Source of the DNA: Clostridia bacterium
Lineage (GTDB): Bacteria; Bacillota; Clostridia; Oscillospirales; CAG-272
DNA length: 49,386 nt
Reading direction: 5' to 3'
Assembly (NCBI GenBank): GCA_017623375.1
Contig: JAGAPH010000032.1
Coordinates: forward strand, 1 to 49,386
Shown here: piece by piece, positions 9,618 to 18,154 of the stretch
Layout: every line of letters starts with the position of its first letter
Position numbering within the stretch: the first letter of the stretch is position 1
Translations under genes and position numbers: made by a program
Notes under the pieces: model-generated
What the model was told of the DNA's origin: nothing
Database searches by the model: none
Seen by the model: only the letters and a program-made list of their open reading frames with translations

Positions 9618-10205
9618 TTATTCATTTGTTGACAAGCTTTTGTAATACCAACTGATTGGATAATCATGTATGTAATTTGCTTTGGCTTCATAATCTGATC
9701 TGTCGCGAATTATGTGTTCCATATACGAACGTTGAAACATCTTTTCTATTCCGTAGAGTTGCTTGCACATACGAGAAGTTAAGGATTTGTAAGCACAGAT
9801 CACATTATCCAGCGTAGGGGAGGGGCTTGCTCCTCCCGAAACTTCATGTAAAAATATGATCGCATGTATATGATCCGGCATGATAACGTAGTTTTCAACA
9901 GTAACGTTGGAATATCGCTTTTCGAGTAATAATAATTGTTCTTCTGCAATTCTTCCACAAGATTTAAGGCGTACCCATGGCGTATCTGTTATGATTCGCA
10001 AGGCATGTTCGGTTTCGGGAGGAGCAAGCCCCTCCCCTACGGTATTCAGATGTTGCAGATGATTTTTTGCCGTAAAACGTGGCATGACTATATCGGACAA
10101 TATTTGTTTTCTGTCTTTGGTACATATCGTCACAAAATATGCTCCGACTGAGCTATAATCAAAATTCTTTAATCTTGTAGATTTTCTTTGAACTAATTCT
10201 CCCAT
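9618..10205 (-). mobile_element. REP-associated tyrosine transposase (RAYT, IS200/Y1 HUH family)
   Basis: RKSTRLKNFDYS, YFVTICT, YVIMPDHIH (HUH), FQRSYMEHIIR and catalytic Tyr region NYI. Confidence 0.9.
9813..10041. repeat. GTAG-type REP doublet inside the RAYT ORF
   Basis: CGTAGGGGAGGGGCTTGCTCCTCCCGAAAC at 9813-9842 and its perfect reverse complement at 10012-10041. Confidence 0.9.
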
Positions 10206-10281
10206 TATTACCTAAAAACAATTATATTACCAAATCCACATAGAGGCACTTTTTCTGCTGATTTATGCTAATAGTGATGTA

Positions 10282-10884
10282 TTAGAATTCCTCTCCGATA
10301 AATTCCTGAATAAGGATATCCTCGTCAAGGTCATCGAGGGTGAGAGGCTCGCGGGAGCTATCGGGCTCCTCGTCCATGGGAATCCATGCGCTGCCGAAGT
10401 CCACCTCCTTGAAGAGAGCGGCAAGCCCTGTTATCTGCTTGAGACGAAGTATCTCGTCACTGTCCATGCCGAGATGCTGAGATATCCATTTGTCCGACCT
10501 GCCTATGTCGTGAAGCTCCTTTACTATGTTGCTCATGAGATCAACGTCGTGAGAGCCGCGGGCGCGGTTGTGGCGAATGGTGCTTGCCATTCTGTGGTCA
10601 AGCGGCTTGTCTATGACCGATACGGGCAGCATGCCTCCCTCGCGCTCGTATATGTCGGCGTGATCCAACATTATGCGGTACCTGTGAAAGCCGTCTACTA
10701 TAACGTAAACGTCACGTTCCTTGTCGTGATAACACACGATAGGCATTGTATATCCGTCCTCACGTATGCTATCGTAAAGCAGCTTCAGCTCGGGTGGAGC
10801 TACGGAATTTGGATTGTAGGTGTTAGGCTCTATTTTTTCTATGGGAACGGCAATAACGCCGTAAACGGGACTTGTGTAAGACAT
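10282..10884 (-). CDS. ibrB: IbrB-like ParB/Srx domain protein
   Basis: PNTYNPNSV, DGYTMPIV, IVDGFHR and STIRHNRARGSH motifs; abuts ibrA. Confidence 0.85.
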   Translation of the reverse strand: MSYTSPVYGVIAVPIEKIEPNTYNPNSVAPPELKLLYDSIREDGYTMPIVCYHDKERDVYVIVDGFHRYRIMLDHADIYEREGGMLPVSVIDKPLDHRMASTIRHNRARGSHDVDLMSNIVKELHDIGRSDKWISQHLGMDSDEILRLKQITGLAALFKEVDFGSAWIPMDEEPDSSREPLTLDDLDEDILIQEFIGEEF

Positions 10885-12207
10885 TTATTCACCAACCTTA
10901 CTGTATTTGCTTTTGAGAATATCAATGCGGCTTTGCTGCTCTCTTGTAAGACCAAAGCCCATAAATCGGCAGGTGTGGTCGTTTTTGAGTATACAGTAGC
11001 ACATACGTTTCCAGCTGGGAATATCCTTCGTTGAGCGTATGTCGTCCGTATGATCGGGGATCTTGTCGAGGAATATTATGCGTGAGCATCTCATAAGAGT
11101 GTAATTTGATATTCCGTTTCGTCGGATATTATAGCCCCTTGCTATCAGCTCCTCGATAACGTCCTCATCAAGACCTCCTCCCTTGGTGTGCCAGAACTCA
11201 ATAGAGGTCTTGAATTTTCTTATGTAGTTGTTGCGAAGAGGGACGGGCAGGGTATCAAGCAGAAATTTTGTGTATGATTCCCACGTGTGTCCCTCGGGAA
11301 GCGTCAGATTTCTGTAGCCCATTGCCTTGGTTCTTCCGTATATGGCGGCAAAATTTGCTCCCGTGACGCGTCCAAGGAGCTTTGCCCAGGTGGACGGCTC
11401 TATGACCCTGTACATATGCAGGGAGTCCTTGGCAGAATCGTTGAAGGGAGAGGCTACTCTCATCTTGTCAACGGAAAGTCCCGCCTTGTAATACATGTCG
11501 TATATTTTGTTATACTCGTAATTGAAGATGTAGTTTGCGTGCCATACGTCGGAGGTAGACCAATCGTACATGGGTGAAGCCACCCAAGTGTCCTTGAACT
11601 GCTTGGTTATCCAGCACTCGTCCTTATAGCCGTATCTCTTGTTTACTATACCGCTGTATCGCTGAAGGGACTCCTCCGCGCGTATTCCAAGTAGACAGAC
11701 GGTCTTTTTGTTTCCGTGAGACTCCTTATACCACCGACCGAACTGCCTTGCCAGATCCTCTTGGTGCATTTTGTAGCGATAGGTAGTGATAGGATTGTTT
11801 TTCAGATTTATAACGTACGGGTGCTTCGGCATAGGGCGCACCCAAAGGAACTCCTTGCTATCGTCCCAAGGATACCAGAACATCTCGTAGCTGCTCAGCG
11901 CCGTTCTCGTTGCCATGGGCAGACAAACCCAATACAGGTCAACATTCTTTTCTTTTTCCAAGCGGCGGAAGGTGCTTTCTACGTAATCCGTGGTGTAGGA
12001 ATACTGTGCCTCGAAATCCTGATGGAATACCCCAACGGTCTTTTCGGGATAATATTTGTTTCTGTGATCCAATACGAGATTCAGTAAAAGTCCGCTATCC
12101 TTACCTCCCGAGAAGGAGACAAAGATATTGTCAAATTCCTCAAACAGAAAATCAAGCCTTTGGATAGTTGCATCGTAGACGCTTAAGCTTGTGAATTGCT
12201 TTTTCAT
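10885..12207 (-). CDS. ibrA: IbrA-like PAPS-reductase family (PP-loop) protein with DUF3440
   Basis: SFSGGKDS PP-loop, GIRAEESLQR, SPMYDW, PSWKRMC..ILKND motifs. Confidence 0.85.
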   Translation of the reverse strand: MKKQFTSLSVYDATIQRLDFLFEEFDNIFVSFSGGKDSGLLLNLVLDHRNKYYPEKTVGVFHQDFEAQYSYTTDYVESTFRRLEKEKNVDLYWVCLPMATRTALSSYEMFWYPWDDSKEFLWVRPMPKHPYVINLKNNPITTYRYKMHQEDLARQFGRWYKESHGNKKTVCLLGIRAEESLQRYSGIVNKRYGYKDECWITKQFKDTWVASPMYDWSTSDVWHANYIFNYEYNKIYDMYYKAGLSVDKMRVASPFNDSAKDSLHMYRVIEPSTWAKLLGRVTGANFAAIYGRTKAMGYRNLTLPEGHTWESYTKFLLDTLPVPLRNNYIRKFKTSIEFWHTKGGGLDEDVIEELIARGYNIRRNGISNYTLMRCSRIIFLDKIPDHTDDIRSTKDIPSWKRMCYCILKNDHTCRFMGFGLTREQQSRIDILKSKYSKVGE

Positions 12208-13079
12208 TCAACTTTCTTTTTTATACTGCGATAGAGCGCGTCGGAAAGCTGAGAAAACTCAGCTACGTTCAATTTTTCTCCTCTTATGTCCGCGGCATGA
12301 CCGCAAGAGGTCACTATCTCGGTTATTTCTTCCTTTGTAAGCTCTCCAAAGACGGCGCTGAGCGCGTTGGGAAGCGTTTTTCTTCTTTGCTCAAAGGCGG
12401 CGCGCACCGTTCTGAAGAAGGTAGCCTCGTCCAAGGGCTGATACGGCTTTTCGCCGTGAAGCTTTATTCTTACCACCGAGGACTCTACCTTTGGAGAGGG
12501 GACGAAATTGTGAGCACCCACTCGGAACAGTCTCTCGGGCTTTCCATAATAGTTGAGCACCGATGTTATAGCGCCGCAGTTCTTTCCGCCGGGGGCTACG
12601 CAAAGCCTGTCCGCCACCTCCGACTGTATCATGACGGTGATATACTCAAAGGGTAGCCCCGACTCAAGAAGCTTCATGAGTATGGGTGTGGTTATATAAT
12701 AGGGAAGATTTGCGCAGACCGACACCTTTCCTCTTTCAAAGTAAGGAGCGAGAAGCTCGGAAAGATCGGTCTTCATAACGTCCTGATTTATAACGGTGAC
12801 GTTACTGAACTCCCCAAGAGTGTATTTGAGCACGGGAATAAGACCGTGGTCTATCTCCACGGCTATGACCCGTTTATATCTGACGGCAAGCTCACGGGTA
12901 AGCGAGCCTATACCGGGGCCTATCTCAAGAATGGTGCTTTCGCTATCGTCGCAGCAGTTGTCGGCGATATCCTCTACAACGGAAACATTGGTAAGAAAGT
13001 TCTGCCCGAACTCCTTTCGGAAATTAAGGGAAAACATTGCCATTATCTGTTTTATGGTTTTAACGTCACAAAGATTCAT
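12204..13079 (-). CDS. rsmA: 16S rRNA adenine dimethyltransferase
   Basis: GQNFL, EIGPGIG, ANLPYYITTP and QRRKTL motifs. Confidence 0.97.
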   Translation of the reverse strand: MNLCDVKTIKQIMAMFSLNFRKEFGQNFLTNVSVVEDIADNCCDDSESTILEIGPGIGSLTRELAVRYKRVIAVEIDHGLIPVLKYTLGEFSNVTVINQDVMKTDLSELLAPYFERGKVSVCANLPYYITTPILMKLLESGLPFEYITVMIQSEVADRLCVAPGGKNCGAITSVLNYYGKPERLFRVGAHNFVPSPKVESSVVRIKLHGEKPYQPLDEATFFRTVRAAFEQRRKTLPNALSAVFGELTKEEITEIVTSCGHAADIRGEKLNVAEFSQLSDALYRSIKKKVE

Positions 13080-13218
13080 AGTTCGATCTCCATTTGCGAT
13101 ATATGATTTAGTTTAACATATTTTACCAAAGAAATCAAGGGATATTACAAAAAAATCAAATAAAAAAACAATAAAAAAGGGCACGTTAACAATAAAAATA
13201 TTTTTTGTGAAAAACATC

Positions 13219-13247
13219 TTGACAAATGGATCGTTTTAGATTATAAT
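13219..13247 (+). promoter_or_regulatory. Sigma-A promoter of the tRNA
   Basis: Perfect TTGACA-17 bp-TATAAT. Confidence 0.85.
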
Positions 13248-13257
13248 ATTAATGTTT

Positions 13258-13333
13258 GCTGGTGTAGCACAGTCGGTAGTGCAGCTGATTCGTAATCAGC
13301 AGGTCGTGTGTTCGAGTCACATCACCAGCTCCA
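13258..13333 (+). tRNA. tRNA-Thr(CGT)
   Basis: Cloverleaf with acceptor GCTGGTG/CACCAGC, anticodon stem GCTGA/TCAGC, loop TT-CGT-AA, TTCGA T-loop and encoded CCA. Confidence 0.96.
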
Positions 13334-13368
13334 AGAGGTTGGATCAAAAATGATCCAACCTCTTTTTT
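13333..13368 (+). terminator. Intrinsic terminator after the tRNA
   Basis: AAGAGGTTGGATCA/TGATCCAACCTCTT followed by a T run. Confidence 0.85.
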
Positions 13369-13471
13369 GCGTTTTATCTGCTTTGTTAAGTATATAGTTG
13401 TTAAAATGTAATAAAATAGCATGACTGTTTATGTGAATAAAATAGAAAAATAACAAATCATCAAAACGCTC

Positions 13472-13508
13472 TTGACAATCACGTGACCATGTGATATAAT
13501 CATGTTAC
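13472..13508 (+). promoter_or_regulatory. Sigma-A promoter with candidate operator
   Basis: TTGACA-17 bp-TATAAT; the spacer holds the inverted repeat ATCAC-N8-GTGAT. Confidence 0.7.
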
Positions 13509-13533
13509 AAGATTGATAGAAGGAGGTGAGAAA

Positions 13534-14088
13534 ATGTCAACAACGTTTCCCGGAACTACTATCGAAGCTCATTCAATAGAGAAGGGAAGCTCCAAAATGC
13601 TATTCGACGGTATTTTTGCCGCAGGCGGGATCACACTGTCACAGGTTTCGGTAATGACGGGACTTGAGCCGTATCTTATCCAGAATTGGGTAAAGCGTGG
13701 ATTTGTCACGTCTCCTGTGAAAAGACTTTACTCAAGAGAGCAATTTGCGCGTATAGTTATCATAAACATGCTTCGAGAGGCGTTGCAGATCGAAAGGATA
13801 TGCGGTTTGATACACGTTATCGGCGGTGTGCTTGAGGATACCGAGGACGATCTTATAAGTGACGATGAGTTATATCACAGATATGTGGACATGATCTCCG
13901 ATACAAGCGTAAATATATCAAGTGATAGCTCCGTTATGCAGGCGGCAGAGCGCGCTGCTGATGGATTTGAGGAGAGAGCCCCGGGTGCAAGAAAAAAGCT
14001 TGTGCGTATATTGCAGGTAATGCTTTACGCTCATTCCGCCTCAAGGCTGAGGCATACGGCGGAGGAGATATTGCTGACCCTGTGGTAA
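13534..14088 (+). CDS. DUF1836 family HTH protein
   Basis: ITLSQVSVMTGLEPYLIQNWVKRG...KRLYSREQ; ATG follows AGGAGGTG. Confidence 0.75.
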   Translation: MSTTFPGTTIEAHSIEKGSSKMLFDGIFAAGGITLSQVSVMTGLEPYLIQNWVKRGFVTSPVKRLYSREQFARIVIINMLREALQIERICGLIHVIGGVLEDTEDDLISDDELYHRYVDMISDTSVNISSDSSVMQAAERAADGFEERAPGARKKLVRILQVMLYAHSASRLRHTAEEILLTLW

Positions 14089-14113
14089 AATTTTGTATAT
14101 AAGGAGTAATTTT

Positions 14114-14704
14114 ATGAGTAGGAAGAACGCATTAGATGTTGCGCAAAAATATTTTACACAAAAGAAAACCTCTGCTATTGACATTATATCAATACTGCTT
14201 ATGATAGTGGGTGCCGTTATCTTTGTTTTTGCTTGGGGCTTTGGTTATATTGGAATACCTATGATAATAGTAGGAGTTGTACTGAAAATATTCAGTAATT
14301 CTTCAAAGATCAAGGATTCGGAATACGATCAAATCGTAGATAAACTTATAAGCGCACACAACATAAATGCGGATAAAAAGATAGTTATGACGGTATATGA
14401 TTCAACGATTGCCCCAGTTGTAATAGGAAAGGATAAAAAACTCAGAAGCAATAGGTTGTATGTTTCGGCTTTTGAATTTCAAAAAGATACTTGCAATATT
14501 GATGTGTATGAATTTAACGTGTGTGATAAAAGCATGACACAAAATAAATATTCGCTCTCTGCTACTAAAGCTTTCTCAATAACCGAAAAGAATGGCTTGA
14601 TTGGAAACAAAAAAATGACGTACTTTAGTTTTGACGGCGTTGATATCCCTATTGATGTTGCGTCATCAGATTCGGATAAAATAATTAATAGCTTTAGTAA
14701 ATGA
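14114..14704 (+). CDS. Hypothetical membrane protein (AT-rich)
   Basis: ORF with RBS AAGGAG and two N-terminal hydrophobic helices. Confidence 0.7.
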   Translation: MSRKNALDVAQKYFTQKKTSAIDIISILLMIVGAVIFVFAWGFGYIGIPMIIVGVVLKIFSNSSKIKDSEYDQIVDKLISAHNINADKKIVMTVYDSTIAPVVIGKDKKLRSNRLYVSAFEFQKDTCNIDVYEFNVCDKSMTQNKYSLSATKAFSITEKNGLIGNKKMTYFSFDGVDIPIDVASSDSDKIINSFSK

Positions 14705-14743
14705 TCTTTTTCAGATAAATTCTAAGAAAGGAAATAATATATC

Positions 14744-15385
14744 ATGTTGGAATGGTGGAATTCACTGGGAACTGCGGCGCAGATATTTTATTGCGTGGCA
14801 ATACCGTCAACGCTTGTTTTGTTTATACAGACGGTGATGATGTTCTTGGGATTTGGCGAGGACGGAGCGGGTGACGATATACCCGATGCGATCCCCGACG
14901 ATATCTCGGATACCGATATCGGTGACGGCGTATTCGGCGAGGACATGGTGACTGAGGTGCACGACCTCAGCGGCTTTGAGGGGCTGAGGATATTTACAGT
15001 GAGAGGCTTTGTTGCCTTCTTCGTTGTGTTCGGCTGGGTCGGCGTCGTTATGCAGGACGCGGGAGCTAAGCTTTGGCTGACGCTATTGGTAGCTACCCTT
15101 TGCGGCTTTGCTATGATGGTAGTTCTCGCGCTGCTTCTGAGGGCAGTCATGAGATTGAGAAACGACGGAAATACCGATAACAGAAACGCTATCGGAACGT
15201 CGGGAAAGGTCTATCTTACGATCCCCCCCTCAAGAACGGGGGAGGGCAAGGTGCAGGTCATGCTTCAAGGGTCTTACGTTGAGCGCGGCGCGGTTACCGA
15301 TGAGACCGAGGCGATACCCACGGGCAGTGAGATCGTGGTAGTAGGTGTCAGCGGTCAGACCGACCTTGTGGTAAGAAGAAAATAA
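14744..15385 (+). CDS. NfeD-like membrane protein (flotillin partner)
   Basis: TM helices plus C-terminal OB-like segment GKVYLTIP..GEGKVQV; directly upstream of flotillin. Confidence 0.8.
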   Translation: MLEWWNSLGTAAQIFYCVAIPSTLVLFIQTVMMFLGFGEDGAGDDIPDAIPDDISDTDIGDGVFGEDMVTEVHDLSGFEGLRIFTVRGFVAFFVVFGWVGVVMQDAGAKLWLTLLVATLCGFAMMVVLALLLRAVMRLRNDGNTDNRNAIGTSGKVYLTIPPSRTGEGKVQVMLQGSYVERGAVTDETEAIPTGSEIVVVGVSGQTDLVVRRK

Positions 15386-15436
15386 ATTACGTATCACATT
15401 ATTTTGTGAAATATAAAAATCAATGGAGGAAAAATT

Positions 15437-16828
15437 ATGCAACCCCAAATTATTATTCTGATCAGCGCGATAGTGCTTGTTGTACTGTCCTTTATCGCAT
15501 GGGTATGTTCAAGATACAAAAAGTGCCCGTCCGATAAGATCATGGTCGTCTACGGTTCTATAGGTAAGAACAAGGACGGCACAAACAGAAGCGCTAAGTG
15601 TATCCACGGCGGCGCGGAATTCGTTATCCCGATATTTCAGTCCTATTCCTATCTTGACCTGACGCCCATATCCATTCAGGTGGATCTGAAAAACGCGCTG
15701 TCAAGACAGAATATCCGTGTTGACGTTCCCTCCAGATTTACCGTAGGTATCTCCACGGAGCCGGGTGTTATGCAGAACGCGGCTGAAAGACTTCTCGGAC
15801 TTCAGCTTTCCGAGATACAGGAGCTTTCCAAGGATATCATCTTCGGTCAGCTTCGTCTTATTATCGCTACCATGGATATCGAGGAGCTCAACACTGACCG
15901 TGATAAGTTCTTGGCGGCAGTAAGCACAAACGTTGAGACCGAGCTTAAGAAGATAGGTTTGAGACTTATCAACGTAAACATGACCGATATCAGTGATGAA
16001 TCGGGATACATAGTAGCCCTTGGTAAGGAAGCGGCGGCTAAGGCTATCAACGACGCTAAGAAGAGTGTTGCCGAGCAGGACAGAGACGGTTCTATCGGTG
16101 AGGCAAACGCTAAGATGGAGCAGAGAATTAAGGTGGCTGAGGCTGACTCCGTTGCTATTCAGGGTGAAAACGAAGCAAAGATGAAGATCGCTATGTCTGA
16201 GGCTGCACTGAGAGAAAAAGAGGCTGAGGCACTTAAGATCGCAACCACTGCTGAGAAGATACAGGCGGCTAAGGCGCTTGAGGAATCCTATGCGGCTGAG
16301 CAGTCCGCGGAAGAGGCGAGACGCGCTAAGGAGCAGGCAACTCTCGAAGCAGACATAATCGTTCGCGCTGAGGCTAAGAAAAAGGAAATGGAGCTTGCCG
16401 CAGAGGCTGAGGCAGAGCAGACCAGAAGACGCGCGCAGGGTGAGGCTGACGCTATCTATGCTAAGATGGAAGCGCAGGCTCGAGGCGTTGAAGAGATACT
16501 CAAGAAGCAGGCTGCGGGCTTTGCTGAGATCGTAAAATCCGCGGGTGGAGACGCAGATGCGGCGCTCAAGCTGCTTATTGCCGATAAGCTTGAGGATCTT
16601 ATGAAGGTTCAGGTGGACGCTATCAAGAACATCAAGATAGATAAGGTAACTGTATGGGACGGCGGACAGAACGCCGACGGAAAGACCTCTACTGCCAACT
16701 TTATCTCGGGCATGATGAAGTCCGTTCCCCCTCTTGACGAAATGTTCACTATGGCGGGCATGCAACTTCCCACGCTTCTCGGACAGAAGATACCAGAGGC
16801 ACAGTCCGAGACGGCAGCAGATAAATAA
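15437..16828 (+). CDS. Flotillin / SPFH domain protein
   Basis: N-terminal TM helix, SPFH domain, Ala/Glu-rich coiled coil and IDKVTVWD motif. Confidence 0.92.
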   Translation: MQPQIIILISAIVLVVLSFIAWVCSRYKKCPSDKIMVVYGSIGKNKDGTNRSAKCIHGGAEFVIPIFQSYSYLDLTPISIQVDLKNALSRQNIRVDVPSRFTVGISTEPGVMQNAAERLLGLQLSEIQELSKDIIFGQLRLIIATMDIEELNTDRDKFLAAVSTNVETELKKIGLRLINVNMTDISDESGYIVALGKEAAAKAINDAKKSVAEQDRDGSIGEANAKMEQRIKVAEADSVAIQGENEAKMKIAMSEAALREKEAEALKIATTAEKIQAAKALEESYAAEQSAEEARRAKEQATLEADIIVRAEAKKKEMELAAEAEAEQTRRRAQGEADAIYAKMEAQARGVEEILKKQAAGFAEIVKSAGGDADAALKLLIADKLEDLMKVQVDAIKNIKIDKVTVWDGGQNADGKTSTANFISGMMKSVPPLDEMFTMAGMQLPTLLGQKIPEAQSETAADK

Positions 16829-16852
16829 AAGCTACTTGCTTGATGTAAGCAC

Positions 16853-16882
16853 CCCTCATATTCGCTTTTGCGAGTATGAGGG
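16853..16882 (+). terminator. Probable terminator after flotillin
   Basis: Hairpin CCCTCATATTCGC/GCGAGTATGAGGG. Confidence 0.6.
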
Positions 16883-16894
16883 GATATTTGTTGT

Positions 16895-17108
16895 TAAATT
16901 GGGATTTATCGGTGTGTTTGATGTGTACGCACCAACAAAAAACTGTAGGGACAGGCGTCCTCGACTGTCCGCCCTTGGCGATAATGTATCTTAATTGAAA
17001 ACGTTAAGATTTCTTTGTGTTACGAACGGACAGTCGAGGACGCCTGTCCCTACAACAAAGAGAGTGCGAACATAGATTATAAACCCACCGACAAATCAAA
17101 ATTTGAAG
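16895..17108. repeat. Palindromic MITE/REPIN-like element, copy 3 (GTAG REP doublet cargo)
   Basis: GTAGGGACAGGCGTCCTCGACTGTCCG at 16945-16971 and its perfect reverse complement at 17027-17053. Ends are shared with copies 1 and 2. Confidence 0.85.
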
Positions 17109-17121
17109 AACAAAAAATATA

Positions 17122-17150
17122 TTGACAAATCAAGATAAATATGCTATCAT
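17122..17150 (+). promoter_or_regulatory. Sigma-A promoter
   Basis: TTGACA-17 bp-TATCAT with TG extension. Confidence 0.65.
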
Positions 17151-17222
17151 TACATTGGTTATCATGTGCTAACTAATGTAATTATAATTTTACTCAAAAT
17201 CATATTTTTGTAAGGAGATAAA

Positions 17223-17765
17223 ATGTCGGAGTTTTTGACATCTATACACCCCATTGCGGTGTGCTTCATAGTATGTGCTGCGAAAATAGTTGAGATAACC
17301 ATACAGTCTCTCAAGACCTGTATGATGGTAAAGGGACAGAGACTGAAGGCGGCGGGTCTGGGGTTCCTTGAGTGTACTATCTGGGGTCTCGTTATATCCA
17401 CCATAATCGGAACGCTTGGAGACAATCTGTTTCTTTTACTGTTCTATTGCGTGGGATATGCCACGGGACTTTTCCTCGGCTCTACCATTGAAAGCAAGAT
17501 AGCCCTCGGCACGTCCAACCTTGAGCTTATAGCCGGAGACGAAAGCACTGAAAAGATAATCCAGTATCTCAGGGAGCATAACAGGGGATATACGGTGTTT
17601 GATGGCTACGGCTCTACGGATAGAATGAACATGATATTTATCGTTCTCCCCCGTAAGGAAGCGCCAAAGGTACTCAAGGATATCCGCGCCGTGTGCGATA
17701 ATAAAGTGTTTGTTGTCGCGTCTGAGGTGAGCAAATATGCGGGTGGATACGGAATGATGAAATAA
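17223..17765 (+). CDS. DUF5698/DUF2179 (UPF0316-like) membrane protein
   Basis: TM helices, GFLE, GYATG..LG..IE and LREHNRGYTVFDGYG motifs. Confidence 0.75.
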   Translation: MSEFLTSIHPIAVCFIVCAAKIVEITIQSLKTCMMVKGQRLKAAGLGFLECTIWGLVISTIIGTLGDNLFLLLFYCVGYATGLFLGSTIESKIALGTSNLELIAGDESTEKIIQYLREHNRGYTVFDGYGSTDRMNMIFIVLPRKEAPKVLKDIRAVCDNKVFVVASEVSKYAGGYGMMK

Positions 17766-17834
17766 AGTCAGTCGATTGGCCGTGTATAAAATACATAACT
17801 CAAAGATAAAATAAATAAAAAAGGAGATATTAAT

Positions 17835-18143
17835 ATGTCAGTAGTAAAGGTTACGAAAAATAATTTTAGTGAGATCAAGGCAAGCGAAAAAACAGTTCTT
17901 CTGGACTTCTACGCAGATTGGTGCGGACCTTGCAGAATGGTTGGGCCTATCGTTGAGGAGATAGCGGGAGAAAGAGACGATATTACTGTCGGCAAGATAA
18001 ACGTGGACGAGGAGCAGGAGCTTGCTATGGAGTTTGGTGTGGCAAGTATTCCCACTCTTGTGGTAATGAAGGGCGGCAAGGTAGTAGAGCAGTCCGCGGG
18101 CGCTCGTCCCAAGGCGCAGATACTCGCAATGCTCGATAAATAA
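17835..18143 (+). CDS. trxA: Thioredoxin
   Basis: WCGPC active site. Confidence 0.98.
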   Translation: MSVVKVTKNNFSEIKASEKTVLLDFYADWCGPCRMVGPIVEEIAGERDDITVGKINVDEEQELAMEFGVASIPTLVVMKGGKVVEQSAGARPKAQILAMLDK

Positions 18144-18154
18144 AAGGAGCTTTT

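Noticed and set aside
13258-13333. tRNA-Thr as an integration site
   Set aside because: It is followed directly by its terminator, with no adjacent integrase and no duplicated 3' end seen in the window.
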